NCBI GenBank assembly: GCA_964536865.1
Contig: CAZHYN010000015.1
Location: forward strand, 1 to 32,000
Reading direction: 5' to 3'
Source of the DNA: an uncultured Planctomycetia bacterium
Lineage (GTDB): Bacteria; Omnitrophota; Gorgyraeia; Duberdicusellales; 4484-171
DNA: 32,000 nucleotides
Part shown: positions 8,683 to 17,337 of the stretch, in pieces
How positions within the stretch are numbered: the stretch's first letter is position 1
How the letters are laid out: each line of letters begins with the position of its first letter
Program-made: the position numbers and the translations under genes
The notes under the pieces: generated by a model
Seen by the model: the letters and a program-made list of their open reading frames with translations, nothing else
What the model was told of the DNA's origin: nothing
The model's database searches: none

Positions 8683-9636
8683 GTGAAGAGGATTGGTATC
8701 CTAACCAGAGATTGTGCAGGGATAAATGCCTGTATTCGGGCAGTGGTAAGAACCGCTTCTTTTTACAATATTGAAGTGGTGGGAATTTTTCGTGGTTATG
8801 AAGGATTAATAAGAGGGGAGACGAAGGTTTTAACGAGAAGGTCTGTTTCGGGAATTATAAGTTTAGGAGGATCAATTCTAAAAACAGCGAGATGCAAAGC
8901 ATTTTTTACTTCTCAAGGACAATTGCGGGCAGTGAAGACTTTAAAGGAGAATAATATTGAAGGTTTAATTGTTATAGGAGGTAATGGCTCTTTAAGAGGG
9001 GCTTACCTCCTTTTTGAAGAATACGGTATCCCTGTAGTAGGGGTCCCTGCTACAATAGACAACGATGTGAATGGTGTAGATTTGGCTATCGGTGCAGATA
9101 CCGCGGTGAATGTTGCTTTAGATGCTTTGGATAAAATAAGAGATACAGCAACTAGTTTAGAAAGAATTTTCGTTGTTGAAGTTATGGGTAGAGATTGTGG
9201 TTGGCTTGCTTTAGAGGTAGGGTTAGCTGGAGGGTGTGAAGAGGTTCTGGTGCCTGAAAGGGATTTTGATATAAGTAAGATGTGTGAGGAAATAACCGAA
9301 GGAAATGTAAAAGGGAAAAGAAGCTGGATAATAATCGTTGCCGAAGGTAAAGCTAGAGCAGCAGATATTGCTAATAAAATCACTGAGATTACTGGGTTAG
9401 AAACCAGGGTAGTAGTTTTAGGTCATATTCAAAGAGGAGGGAGTCCTACACGTACGGATAGAATTTTGGCTGCTCAGTTAGGAAGCTATGCTGTTGAAAT
9501 CTTAAAGAGAGGAGAGAAGGGTGTTTGTGTGGTTCAAAAAGAAGGTATTCTTTCTACTATACCTCTTCGAGAAGCAGTAAAGCCTAAGGAAATTAAAGTT
9601 GACAATTATTATAGATTGATTAAAATTTTAATGTAA
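8683..9636 (+). CDS. pfkA: 6-phosphofructokinase family protein (PfkA-like, atypical nucleotide-binding motifs)
   Basis: GTG start. Contains PATIDNDV.G.D..IG.DTA, VVEVMGRDCGWLAL..GLAGG and LGHIQRGGSPT..DRILA motifs. The N-terminal GGDAPGMN loop reads RDCAGIN, and GGDGS reads GGNGS. Confidence 0.8.
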   Translation: MKRIGILTRDCAGINACIRAVVRTASFYNIEVVGIFRGYEGLIRGETKVLTRRSVSGIISLGGSILKTARCKAFFTSQGQLRAVKTLKENNIEGLIVIGGNGSLRGAYLLFEEYGIPVVGVPATIDNDVNGVDLAIGADTAVNVALDALDKIRDTATSLERIFVVEVMGRDCGWLALEVGLAGGCEEVLVPERDFDISKMCEEITEGNVKGKRSWIIIVAEGKARAADIANKITEITGLETRVVVLGHIQRGGSPTRTDRILAAQLGSYAVEILKRGEKGVCVVQKEGILSTIPLREAVKPKEIKVDNYYRLIKILM

Positions 9637-9676
9637 TTTTTGATATTTTTAGCCGAGTGATAATAAAGGAGGCATA

Positions 9677-11047
9677 ATGGTTTATAAGGATAAAGAGGAA
9701 ATTTTAAATAATGAGATTGTGAAAGAAGTAGGGGGAGAAATCCAGATTTATGATTTGAATCTTTTTAGGACTAAGATGATAGATAATCTTATAGATACAA
9801 TAGTATTAAGTGAGTCTCCTTATATTAAGAAGATATGTTACTGGGTAAGTTATGAAGCTGCTTTAAAATGGGGCATCATCCCTTCTTCAATTCAATCTCT
9901 TTATGAGGCAAGAGCAATTCATAGTTTAACTCATTTTACTGTCCCTGCTATCAATCTGAGAACGTTGACTTTCGATTTAGCCAGAGCAGTTTTTAGAGCA
10001 GCAAAGAAGTTAGATGCGGGAACATTTATATTTGAAATTGCTAAAAGTGAAATTGGCTATACTGATCAGAGACCCTGGGAGTATACTTCTCTTATCCTTT
10101 TAGCAGGTATTAAAGAGGAATTTAAAGGACCGATCTTCTTGCAGGGAGACCATTTTCAAGTTAAGGCAAAGAATTTTCATCAGGACAGAGATAAAGAGAT
10201 CTCTCAACTGAAAGATTTAATAAGGGAGGCTATCTCTGCGGGATTTTATAATATCGATATTGATTCTTCTACTTTGGTAGATTTATCTCAACCTACAATT
10301 GATGCTCAGCAGAGTCTGAATTATCAAGTTTGTGCTTTATTAACAGAGTTTATTCGGAGTTTACAGCCTAAAGGAATAGAAATCTCTGTAGGAGGAGAAA
10401 TAGGAGAAGTAGGGGGGAAAAATTCTACTCCTGAAGAGCTTCATAGTTTTATGAAGGGGTATCTTGCTCAGATAAAAGGTATAAAAGGAATTTCTAAGAT
10501 TAGCATCCAGACAGGTACAACCCATGGAGGAGTAGTATTGCCGGATGGTTCTATTGCTAAAGTAAAGATAGATTTTGATACTTTAAAACTTCTTTCGGAA
10601 ATTGCCCGTAGAGATTACAAGATGGCAGGAGCAGTACAACACGGAGCTTCTACACTTCCTAATGAAGCTTTTCATCGTTTCCCCGAGGTAGGATGTGCAG
10701 AAATACATTTAGCTACCCAATTTCAGAATATAGTATACGACTATCTACCTCTTTCTCTAAAAGAGGAGATCTATACATGGTTAAATGGAAACTGTGCTGA
10801 GGAGCGCAAACCCGATTGGACTGATGACCAATTTATATATAAGACCCGAAAGAAAGCTTTAGGCCCTTTTAAGAAAGAAATCTATTCTATCCCTAGAGAA
10901 TTACGTGAGAAGATTTCAAATGTTTTAGAGAAAGAGTTCCTTTTTCTTTTTGAGCAGCTTAGAATTCACAACACAAGAGATATAATAGAAGCTTATATTC
11001 ACCCAGTAGTTATAAAGAAAGAAAAAAGTATTTTTAATAAAAATTAA
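9677..11047 (+). CDS. class II aldolase family protein (fructose/tagatose-bisphosphate aldolase-like, long form)
   Basis: AAAGGAGG SD. LQGDH (metal His), GGEIGEVGG, QTGTTHGG and VQHGAST blocks align with the metal and phosphate motifs of class II FBP aldolases as I remember them. Lies directly downstream of the PFK gene. Confidence 0.65.
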   Translation: MVYKDKEEILNNEIVKEVGGEIQIYDLNLFRTKMIDNLIDTIVLSESPYIKKICYWVSYEAALKWGIIPSSIQSLYEARAIHSLTHFTVPAINLRTLTFDLARAVFRAAKKLDAGTFIFEIAKSEIGYTDQRPWEYTSLILLAGIKEEFKGPIFLQGDHFQVKAKNFHQDRDKEISQLKDLIREAISAGFYNIDIDSSTLVDLSQPTIDAQQSLNYQVCALLTEFIRSLQPKGIEISVGGEIGEVGGKNSTPEELHSFMKGYLAQIKGIKGISKISIQTGTTHGGVVLPDGSIAKVKIDFDTLKLLSEIARRDYKMAGAVQHGASTLPNEAFHRFPEVGCAEIHLATQFQNIVYDYLPLSLKEEIYTWLNGNCAEERKPDWTDDQFIYKTRKKALGPFKKEIYSIPRELREKISNVLEKEFLFLFEQLRIHNTRDIIEAYIHPVVIKKEKSIFNKN

Positions 11048-11180
11048 TAGTTTTTTAACGATTGTTTTTTCTTTAACTTATTCAAGATTAATTACATATA
11101 ATAATCATTTTATGTTTTTAAAAGAAGAATATTGTTTTTTGATTTTATAAATACATTTCCCAATATCAAGGAGGACGAAG

Positions 11181-11498
11181 ATGAAAAATATTTCGTTTCT
11201 AGAAAAACAGTTTATTCCTAATGAGGAAGTTCTCTCTTTTCGAGAATTTGATGGAGAGATAGTTTTTCTTCATAAAGACGAGAGAAATCTTTATGAGTTA
11301 AATAGAACTGCAAGTTTTATTTGAAAGAAATTGGTTGAGGGAAAATTGGTAAAAGATATTATAGATGAGATGTATGAAAAGTATAGAAATGTTAGAATAA
11401 AGAATAGAAAAAGACGTGATATATTTTATAAAGAATTTAGTGAAAAAGAAGATGCTTATCTCCAGAAAGTAAAACTCACCTATATTTTCAATACTTAA
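11181..11498 (+). pseudogene. PqqD-like (RiPP recognition element type) small protein, interrupted by in-frame TGA at codon 48
   Basis: AGGAGGA sits 5 nt before ATG 11181. The reading frame is MKNISFLEKQFIPNEEVLSFREFDGEIVFLHKDERNLYELNRTASFI*KKLVEGKLVKDIIDEMYEKY...DIFYKEFSEKEDAYLQK. The TGA (11322-11324) falls where PqqD-family proteins carry a conserved Trp (LN.t...iW..L). Confidence 0.5.
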
Positions 11499-11648
11499 AA
11501 AAGATAAAGATAGGAAATTCCCTTTACATTCCTTGTTACTTCAATGTTAATCCCAAAATTTGCACTCCAGTTTGAAAAGCTCTCTAACCATTCAAAATGT
11601 TATAGTTTACAGAATAGCTTTATATCAAAAAGATACAAAGGTAAATCT

Positions 11649-11780
11649 CCCAGCCCTTTATTTCTACGAATGAATTTTTTCTTATGAGAGATAAAGGACT
11701 GGGTCCTTCGGACAAATTTTCCCCGCCTGCTAAAAGCATATGTAAGTATCGGCGGGCAGGCCTGCCTACCGTCAGGCAGG
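11649..11780. other. cluster of hairpins / GC-rich island in an AT-rich spacer
   Basis: 13-bp imperfect stem CCCAGCCCTTTAT (11649-11661) / ATAAAGGACTGGG (11691-11703). GTCC-TTC-GGAC (11703-11713). CCCGCC (11722-11727) / GGCGGG (11751-11756). CCTGCCT-ACCGTC-AGGCAGG (11761-11780). Confidence 0.5.
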
Positions 11781-11934
11781 TAATGAAAAATTTGGGTTAA
11801 ATAAAATTATTTACAATTTTATTAGATATATTATCTTATGGAATGAGAGTTTATTTTTACTTGGTAGGTATGTAAAAATACGTCTCTTTGCGATAGTTTT
11901 TAAGATATAGGATCATATCTGGCGTGTTGCCTCA

Positions 11935-12394
11935 TTAATAAATGTTAGTGAAAGGATATTTAAACACAAAGAGCATTTTTATTGTTGAGAGCAAATATCT
12001 TTCTAAGTTTTTCTCTATAGCGCGCCTTAATTGAAAAAGGTTAAACCCTTTCATTTGCTTTTTAAGTATCCGTTTAACAGAGGTTGATACATAGGTAGAT
12101 TCTAATACCCTCTGGTAAGGTGTCTTTGATTTATCATAACGCTTAATAACCTTAGAGGCAACTCTTTTTTAGCAACTTAACCGAAGGAGAGAAGAAGTCG
12201 TGATACAGCCTCCACTCAGAAGTGTATAAATCGTTCATTGGAGCAACTACCTCTGGATTATCTAATCTTTCATAACCAAGCCATTGCTTTAGGTGTGTCC
12301 AGTTCTTCTGCTCTATATGACAGTTGTCTTGCTTTTGGTAAGATCTGCTTCTGGTAAACTGGATAAGATTCTTTCTCTGGGTAATCGGTAACAT
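11935..12394 (-). pseudogene. DDE (rve/integrase-core type) transposase remnant, 5'-truncated and frameshifted
   Basis: The 80-aa ORF reads ...HIEQKNWTHLKQWLGYERLDNPEVVAPMNDLYTSEWRLYHDFFSPSVKLLKK. The family C-terminus continues in another frame (VIKRYDKSKTPYQRVLES...NLFQLRRAIEKNLERYL) down to a stop at 11935-11937. No catalytic N-terminal part lies upstream. Confidence 0.7.
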
Positions 12395-12639
12395 TATTTA
12401 TGAGTCAACGAAACAAATTTGATTTAATTTGGATAACATTTAATAATATGAATTAATTCGCTATACCATTTTCTCTTGCATTTTGTAGCTTTTTTGATAG
12501 ATTATTTATTAGAATAATTAATAAAAATGATAATTTTCAAAATGTTTTTTCAGTAGGAATTATTTAGAAAATTAGAAAAGGAGTTATTTGATGGTGTTTT
12601 CAAAGTAAGGGGCAGGTTTTGAAATTCTTAAAGATTTTT

Positions 12640-13381
12640 GTTTATTTTTTAATTATTTTTTTCATCTTTGGAGATAACTTTTATAGTTGTGGTCCTGGAA
12701 CAACGAGGGAACCGATAGAAGAAATAATTATTTTTGTCCGGAGAATAAGATAAGAGATGAAGCAACTAAGGCACCAGGTGGAGACTGGATTTTGACCTTA
12801 GACTGTGATGTTATTTTGGAAAAATGTTTTTCTCTAACTTCTTAAAAATAATAGGCATAGGTAATTTACTCTCTAACGTAGGAATGTTACAGCCAAAGAT
12901 ATTGAGACCGGATAAAGAGATAATCTATTCTTATGGAATATATCTTTCTAGTTAGTGAAAGTTTTATGATATTGACAGAGGTAGGAAGGATTGTGAGAAC
13001 TTTAATATATCAGAACATATTTTCGAAGCCTGTTCTTCTCGTACTTTTTATAATCGCAAAATGCTTGAGAACACAAAAGAGATAATTGGATATTTTGATG
13101 AGAGGTTTTTCTTTTTAGTAGAGGATGTAGATTTAGCTTGGCGGGTACAGAGAAAAGGATGGAAGGCAATCTACTATCCTCAGATAATTTGTTTTTACTG
13201 TGACAACAGCTCTGGTTTTGATAAGGAATGTAGGCAGTACCTTTGTTTTTGCAATCAATACTACTCTATAGCCAAGAACCAAGGACTTAAGGATTATTTT
13301 AAAAAATTCTTACCTTTTCTGTTATACGATATTCCCCGAATATTTTATTTAATTTTTACCAACTACTATATATATAATTAA
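12640..13381 (+). pseudogene. family 2 glycosyltransferase, broken by several stops and frameshifts
   Basis: GT2 pieces occur in different frames. These are PENKIRDEATKAPGGDWILTLDCDVILEK (DxD region), NVGMLQPKILRPDKEIIYSYGIYLS, KFYDIDRGRKD, and then the track ORF 13061-13381 (GYFDERFFFLVEDVDLAWRVQRKGWKAIYYP). Confidence 0.7.
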
Positions 13382-13390
13382 ATAATAGTT

Positions 13391-14599
13391 ATGAATGTTG
13401 AACTAATGAGAAAATTAGATTACTGGTTTGGTATACCCTTATGTTTTTTACTCACAGAGATAAATTATATTTTAAAATTGTTTTCCTCTAAAAAAAAGAA
13501 GACTATACATAAGAAATTTTTGTTTATTAAATTATCTGAGATGGGTAGTATTATTTTAGCTTATCCCCTTATGAAGAAGATACAGAGAGAATATGAAGAA
13601 GCGCCGTTATTTTTCCTTACTTTCAAAAAAAATGCTCCTATTTTCCAGGTTTTGAATATAGTGCCACCTTCAAATGTTTTAACTATACGAGATGATACAT
13701 TTTCTAAATTTCTCTTTGATACTCTAAAAGTAATTGTGAGAATAAGAAAAGAGAGTATAGATACAGTTTTTGATTTAGAATTTTTTTCTCGCTTTACAGC
13801 AATAGTAGCTTACTTAACTGGTGCTAAGATGAGAGTAGGGTTCTACAAATATAGATTTGAAGGATTATATCGAGGAAAAATTTTGACCAATAATGTTCAA
13901 TATAATCCTCTATTACATATAAGTAAAATGTATTTATCTTTTGCAGAAGCACTAAAATTAGAAGAGAAATTTACTCCCTGTCTTGAAAGAAAGGTCAACG
14001 ATAGTGAATTAGTTCTACCTAATATTGATTTACCTATAGAAGTAGAGGAGATGGTGTATAATAGATTAAAGAACTTAGGGATAGATGGTGATAAGAGGTT
14101 ATTTCTTATTAATCCTGGGGAAGGGAAGCTCCCTTTAAGAGAATGGCCTATAGAAAATTTTATTAAATTATCTAAAATGCTTTTAGAAGATAAAAAAAAT
14201 TATATTTTTATTGTAGGAAGTAAAGAGGCTGTTAAAAATGCAGAGAGATTATTTTGCGCTGTTAATAGTGAAAGATGTATAAGTCTGGCTGGTAAAACTA
14301 GTTTATTGGAACTATTAGCCCTTTTTAAAAAAGCTGATGTATTAATAGTCAATGATTGTGGGTTAGCACATCTGGGTTCTTTAACTTCAATAAAAAAAAT
14401 TATTCTCTTTGGCCCGGAGAGTCCACATATCTTTGGACCTTTAGATAGAAACAGCTATGTGATATATGTGAATTTACCATGTTCTCCTTGTTTTTCTGTA
14501 TTTAACCATCGAAGTTCAGCTTGTAGAGATAATAAATGTCTTAAATTGATTAAGGCAGAAGAGATATATGATTTGGTAAAGAACCTTATAGGATTTTAA
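13391..14599 (+). CDS. family 9 glycosyltransferase (heptosyltransferase-like)
   Basis: FLFIKLSEMGSIILAYPL, LINPGEGKLPLREWPIENF, LAGKTSLLELLALFKKADVLIVNDCGLAHLG and LFGPESP motifs typical of the GT9 fold. Confidence 0.8.
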   Translation: MNVELMRKLDYWFGIPLCFLLTEINYILKLFSSKKKKTIHKKFLFIKLSEMGSIILAYPLMKKIQREYEEAPLFFLTFKKNAPIFQVLNIVPPSNVLTIRDDTFSKFLFDTLKVIVRIRKESIDTVFDLEFFSRFTAIVAYLTGAKMRVGFYKYRFEGLYRGKILTNNVQYNPLLHISKMYLSFAEALKLEEKFTPCLERKVNDSELVLPNIDLPIEVEEMVYNRLKNLGIDGDKRLFLINPGEGKLPLREWPIENFIKLSKMLLEDKKNYIFIVGSKEAVKNAERLFCAVNSERCISLAGKTSLLELLALFKKADVLIVNDCGLAHLGSLTSIKKIILFGPESPHIFGPLDRNSYVIYVNLPCSPCFSVFNHRSSACRDNKCLKLIKAEEIYDLVKNLIGF

Positions 14600-14629
14600 A
14601 ATTTATCGAGTTGAAAAATTAAATCTCAG

Positions 14630-15734
14630 ATGAGATCAAAAGTTGGTATTGTCAGATATGAAGCGTATAGAGATGTAAAGCGCACAATAGAAAGAGTTTT
14701 AGAAAGTATAGATTGCCTTTCTTTTTTAAAAGAAAAAACTCTTCTTGAGTAAATATTTCAACAAGAAAAGATTGCAATGCAGCAACAATACTCATCCAGA
14801 GGTTGTCAGGGTAATAATTCAGATAGTTCGAGAATACGGTAGTGAACCATAAGTGGGAGATTCCTTTGCAGTGTTAGGTTTAACAAAAAAGGTTTTTGAG
14901 AATTGTGGAGTTAAGGAAGTTTGTCAAGAAGAAAATGTGAGATTAATCAATTTTGATACTTCCTTAATAGTTAAAAAGAAAATGGATGGCGAAATATTAA
15001 AAGAGATATTTTTACCACAGGAGGTTTTAGAGATTGATCTTCTATTATCATTACCAAAACACAAAACTCATAATTTTATGTTTTTTACAGGAGCACTGAA
15101 AAATCAGTTGGGAATTATTCCGGGTGCCCTAAAACCTAAAATTCATCAGATGGCGCCAAATATAATTGATTTTTCAAAAGCATTGGTAGATATTAACCTT
15201 GCAGTTAAGTTTAATCTTGCAGTTATGGAAGGCATAATAGGTCTTGAGGGAGCAATTCTTCTAATAGCCGTTCTTGAAAAAAGCAAATTTTGTAGTTGCA
15301 AGTTCTGATTTAGTAACCTTAGATACTTTTGTATAAATATGATTGATTTAGATTCCGATAAAACCGTAATAAATAAGATTGCAGAAAGGAGAAGTTTAGG
15401 AAGTACTGATTTAAATAATGACGTTGTAGGTGATTTTGATAGAATTAAGATGGTTAAATTTAGACCCGCACCTTTTAATATAGAGCAGATACCTATTTTT
15501 TCTAAAATTAAATTTAGAGTTTGAAGTGACGTTGCTATGTCATTCATTTATAGAGAGAAATATACTAAGTGTGGAACCTGTCAGATAAGGTGTCCACCAG
15601 ATGCAGTCGTTATTGCAAAGCATTTTAAGATCGATCAGAGAAAATATATAAAATATTTCTCTTGTGTTGAGAATTGTCCAGAAGAAGTTATAAAAATCAG
15701 AGTACTTTTATATTTAAAACTCTTTATAAAATAA
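14630..15734 (+). pseudogene. DUF362 domain protein with C-terminal 4Fe-4S ferredoxin domain, multiply disrupted
   Basis: Family blocks are scattered over three frames. MRSKVGIVRYEAY...KEKTLLE* is followed by NNTHPEVVRVIIQIVREYGSEP* (TAA at 14850-14852). Next comes VGDSFAVLG...LPKHKTHNFMFFTGALKNQLG...MEGIIGLEG, then FVVASSDLVTLDTFV*, then MIDLDSDKTVINKIAERRSLG...VVGDF. The ferredoxin tail reads KCGTCQIRCPPDA plus YIKYFSCVENCPEEV, where two expected Cys are Tyr. Confidence 0.75.
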
Positions 15735-15765
15735 ACACAAGGCACTTACAAAGAATTAATAATAT

Positions 15766-17337
15766 GTGTTGTTATCTATGAGGCTGGTCAAAAATCAAAA
15801 AATTTCAATGGTTCTTTTTTTGATTTTAATTTTTAGTTTTTTCTTGAGAATTTATAGAATAGATTATCATAGAGTTTGGTATGATGAAGTCAGATCCATT
15901 GCTACCGCAGAGAAAATATCAAGTAAGGAAGGATTTTTTGCCTATTATAAGCCTCTATATTTTTTAATTTTAAAATTATGGATTAATCTTTTTGGGATAG
16001 ATGTGACACTTTTAAGGTTGCTCTCGGTAATATTTGCTATTATTTCAATTATATTTATCTACCGAATTGGTTGTCTCATTATTAATTCAAGATTAGGAAT
16101 AATTAGTGCTTTTCTTCTGAGCATATCCTGTTTTCATATCTATCATAGTCAGCAAGTGCGTCATTTTACTTTTTTGGTAATGCTTTGTGTTTTATCTTAT
16201 TTTTATCTCTTGAAAATTTGGCAAGGTAGGAATAAATTTTTTTTATACAATACATTTTTGAATATTTTGATAATTTTCACCCATCCTTATGGTTTATCTG
16301 TGGTTTTGGCACAAAATCTGTGTATATTTTTAGTCTTCAATAGAAAAAAAATAAAGAGGTGGTTTTCCTATCAAAGTATTATATTTTTGAGTTGTATCAT
16401 CTGGTTTATCTTTTCAGATAGAGATACTATGGTAAAGAATACATGGTGGATAAAAGTTCCTCATTTTAACAATATTATAGAGACGTTACATACATTTAGT
16501 TACGGAGGTCCAAGGTATGGATTAGATGATTTTCAAATTGTCTTTAATTTCCCCATAATTATTAATTTAATCTTTCTAATTTTTGCTGTATTTTTAATCT
16601 TCGGATCTATTAAGCTTTTTGGAAAACATAGAAGGGCATTTTATTTTCTCTTAGGCTGGTTGATTATTCCTATCCTTAGTGCTTATATCTTTTCTTTATT
16701 ATTTTTTCCTGTCTATTTAATAAAACATCTTATTATATGCTTACCAGCATTTTATCTTTTAGTTGGAGTAGGTATTTGTGAACTGAGAAGAAAATTATTG
16801 GTTTGTTTAGTAGTTGTTTCTATATTTTTATTGAACATTTATCCGTTAAAGGTTATTTATGTTGAGGACTATAGTATCGATTGGGAAAAAGCTACGGAGT
16901 TTCTTAAAAATAATATAAAACCTTTTGATGCTATTTTAATTTCTCCAGTTTGTCAGTTGAATAGTTTTCTTTATTATTTTCGCCCACATAAGCGAGGTTT
17001 TCTTAAGGACTTAGATACATATGGCAAAGTTTTAAATGGCAATATTGTAGAGGTATTTAAGGAGAGAGATAATTTGATCTTGGGGCTAAAACAGAACCAG
17101 AATAGAAATATAGCAGATTTTAAAAAAGAGATATTAGAGAAGATCAATATACTAAAGAAGTATTTTGAGGGAGAGAATGTTTGGTTACTAGTTGACAGAT
17201 GGACGGATCAGGGATCGGACGAAGAGAATTTCCTTGTCCATACTTTTTCTAATGTTTACCATAAAGAAGACATGCAGAGATTTTACGGTATAAATGTATA
17301 TAAGTTTAAAAACTATGAGATTTGCACTGATTTTTAA
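15766..17337 (+). CDS. GT-C membrane glycosyltransferase, family 39/83-like (ArnT/PMT_2-like)
   Basis: Polytopic membrane protein. The first-loop motif RIDYHRVWYDEVRSI carries the DE signature of ArnT/PMT-type enzymes, and there is a soluble C-terminal domain. The track start is GTG 15766; ATG 15778 is an alternative. Confidence 0.7.
   Translation: MLLSMRLVKNQKISMVLFLILIFSFFLRIYRIDYHRVWYDEVRSIATAEKISSKEGFFAYYKPLYFLILKLWINLFGIDVTLLRLLSVIFAIISIIFIYRIGCLIINSRLGIISAFLLSISCFHIYHSQQVRHFTFLVMLCVLSYFYLLKIWQGRNKFFLYNTFLNILIIFTHPYGLSVVLAQNLCIFLVFNRKKIKRWFSYQSIIFLSCIIWFIFSDRDTMVKNTWWIKVPHFNNIIETLHTFSYGGPRYGLDDFQIVFNFPIIINLIFLIFAVFLIFGSIKLFGKHRRAFYFLLGWLIIPILSAYIFSLLFFPVYLIKHLIICLPAFYLLVGVGICELRRKLLVCLVVVSIFLLNIYPLKVIYVEDYSIDWEKATEFLKNNIKPFDAILISPVCQLNSFLYYFRPHKRGFLKDLDTYGKVLNGNIVEVFKERDNLILGLKQNQNRNIADFKKEILEKINILKKYFEGENVWLLVDRWTDQGSDEENFLVHTFSNVYHKEDMQRFYGINVYKFKNYEICTDF

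Noticed and set aside
11322-11324. TGA recoded as Trp or Gly (genetic code 4 or 25), suggested by the TGA at the conserved Trp position of the PqqD-like gene
   Set aside because: TGA is the functional stop of several genes here, including ATGA-coupled junctions (ruvA/scpB at 3882-3885 and 22733-22736) and the SDR gene stop (21233-21235). Trp is encoded by TGG throughout. A nonsense mutation is the simpler reading.
11544-11800. Small ORFs (47 aa at 11544-11687; 38 aa at 11684-11800) as possible RiPP precursor peptides next to the PqqD-like gene
   Set aside because: No SD precedes either ATG. The second is merely the translation of the GC-rich hairpin cluster. There are no Cys/Ser/Thr-rich core-like regions or leader motifs.
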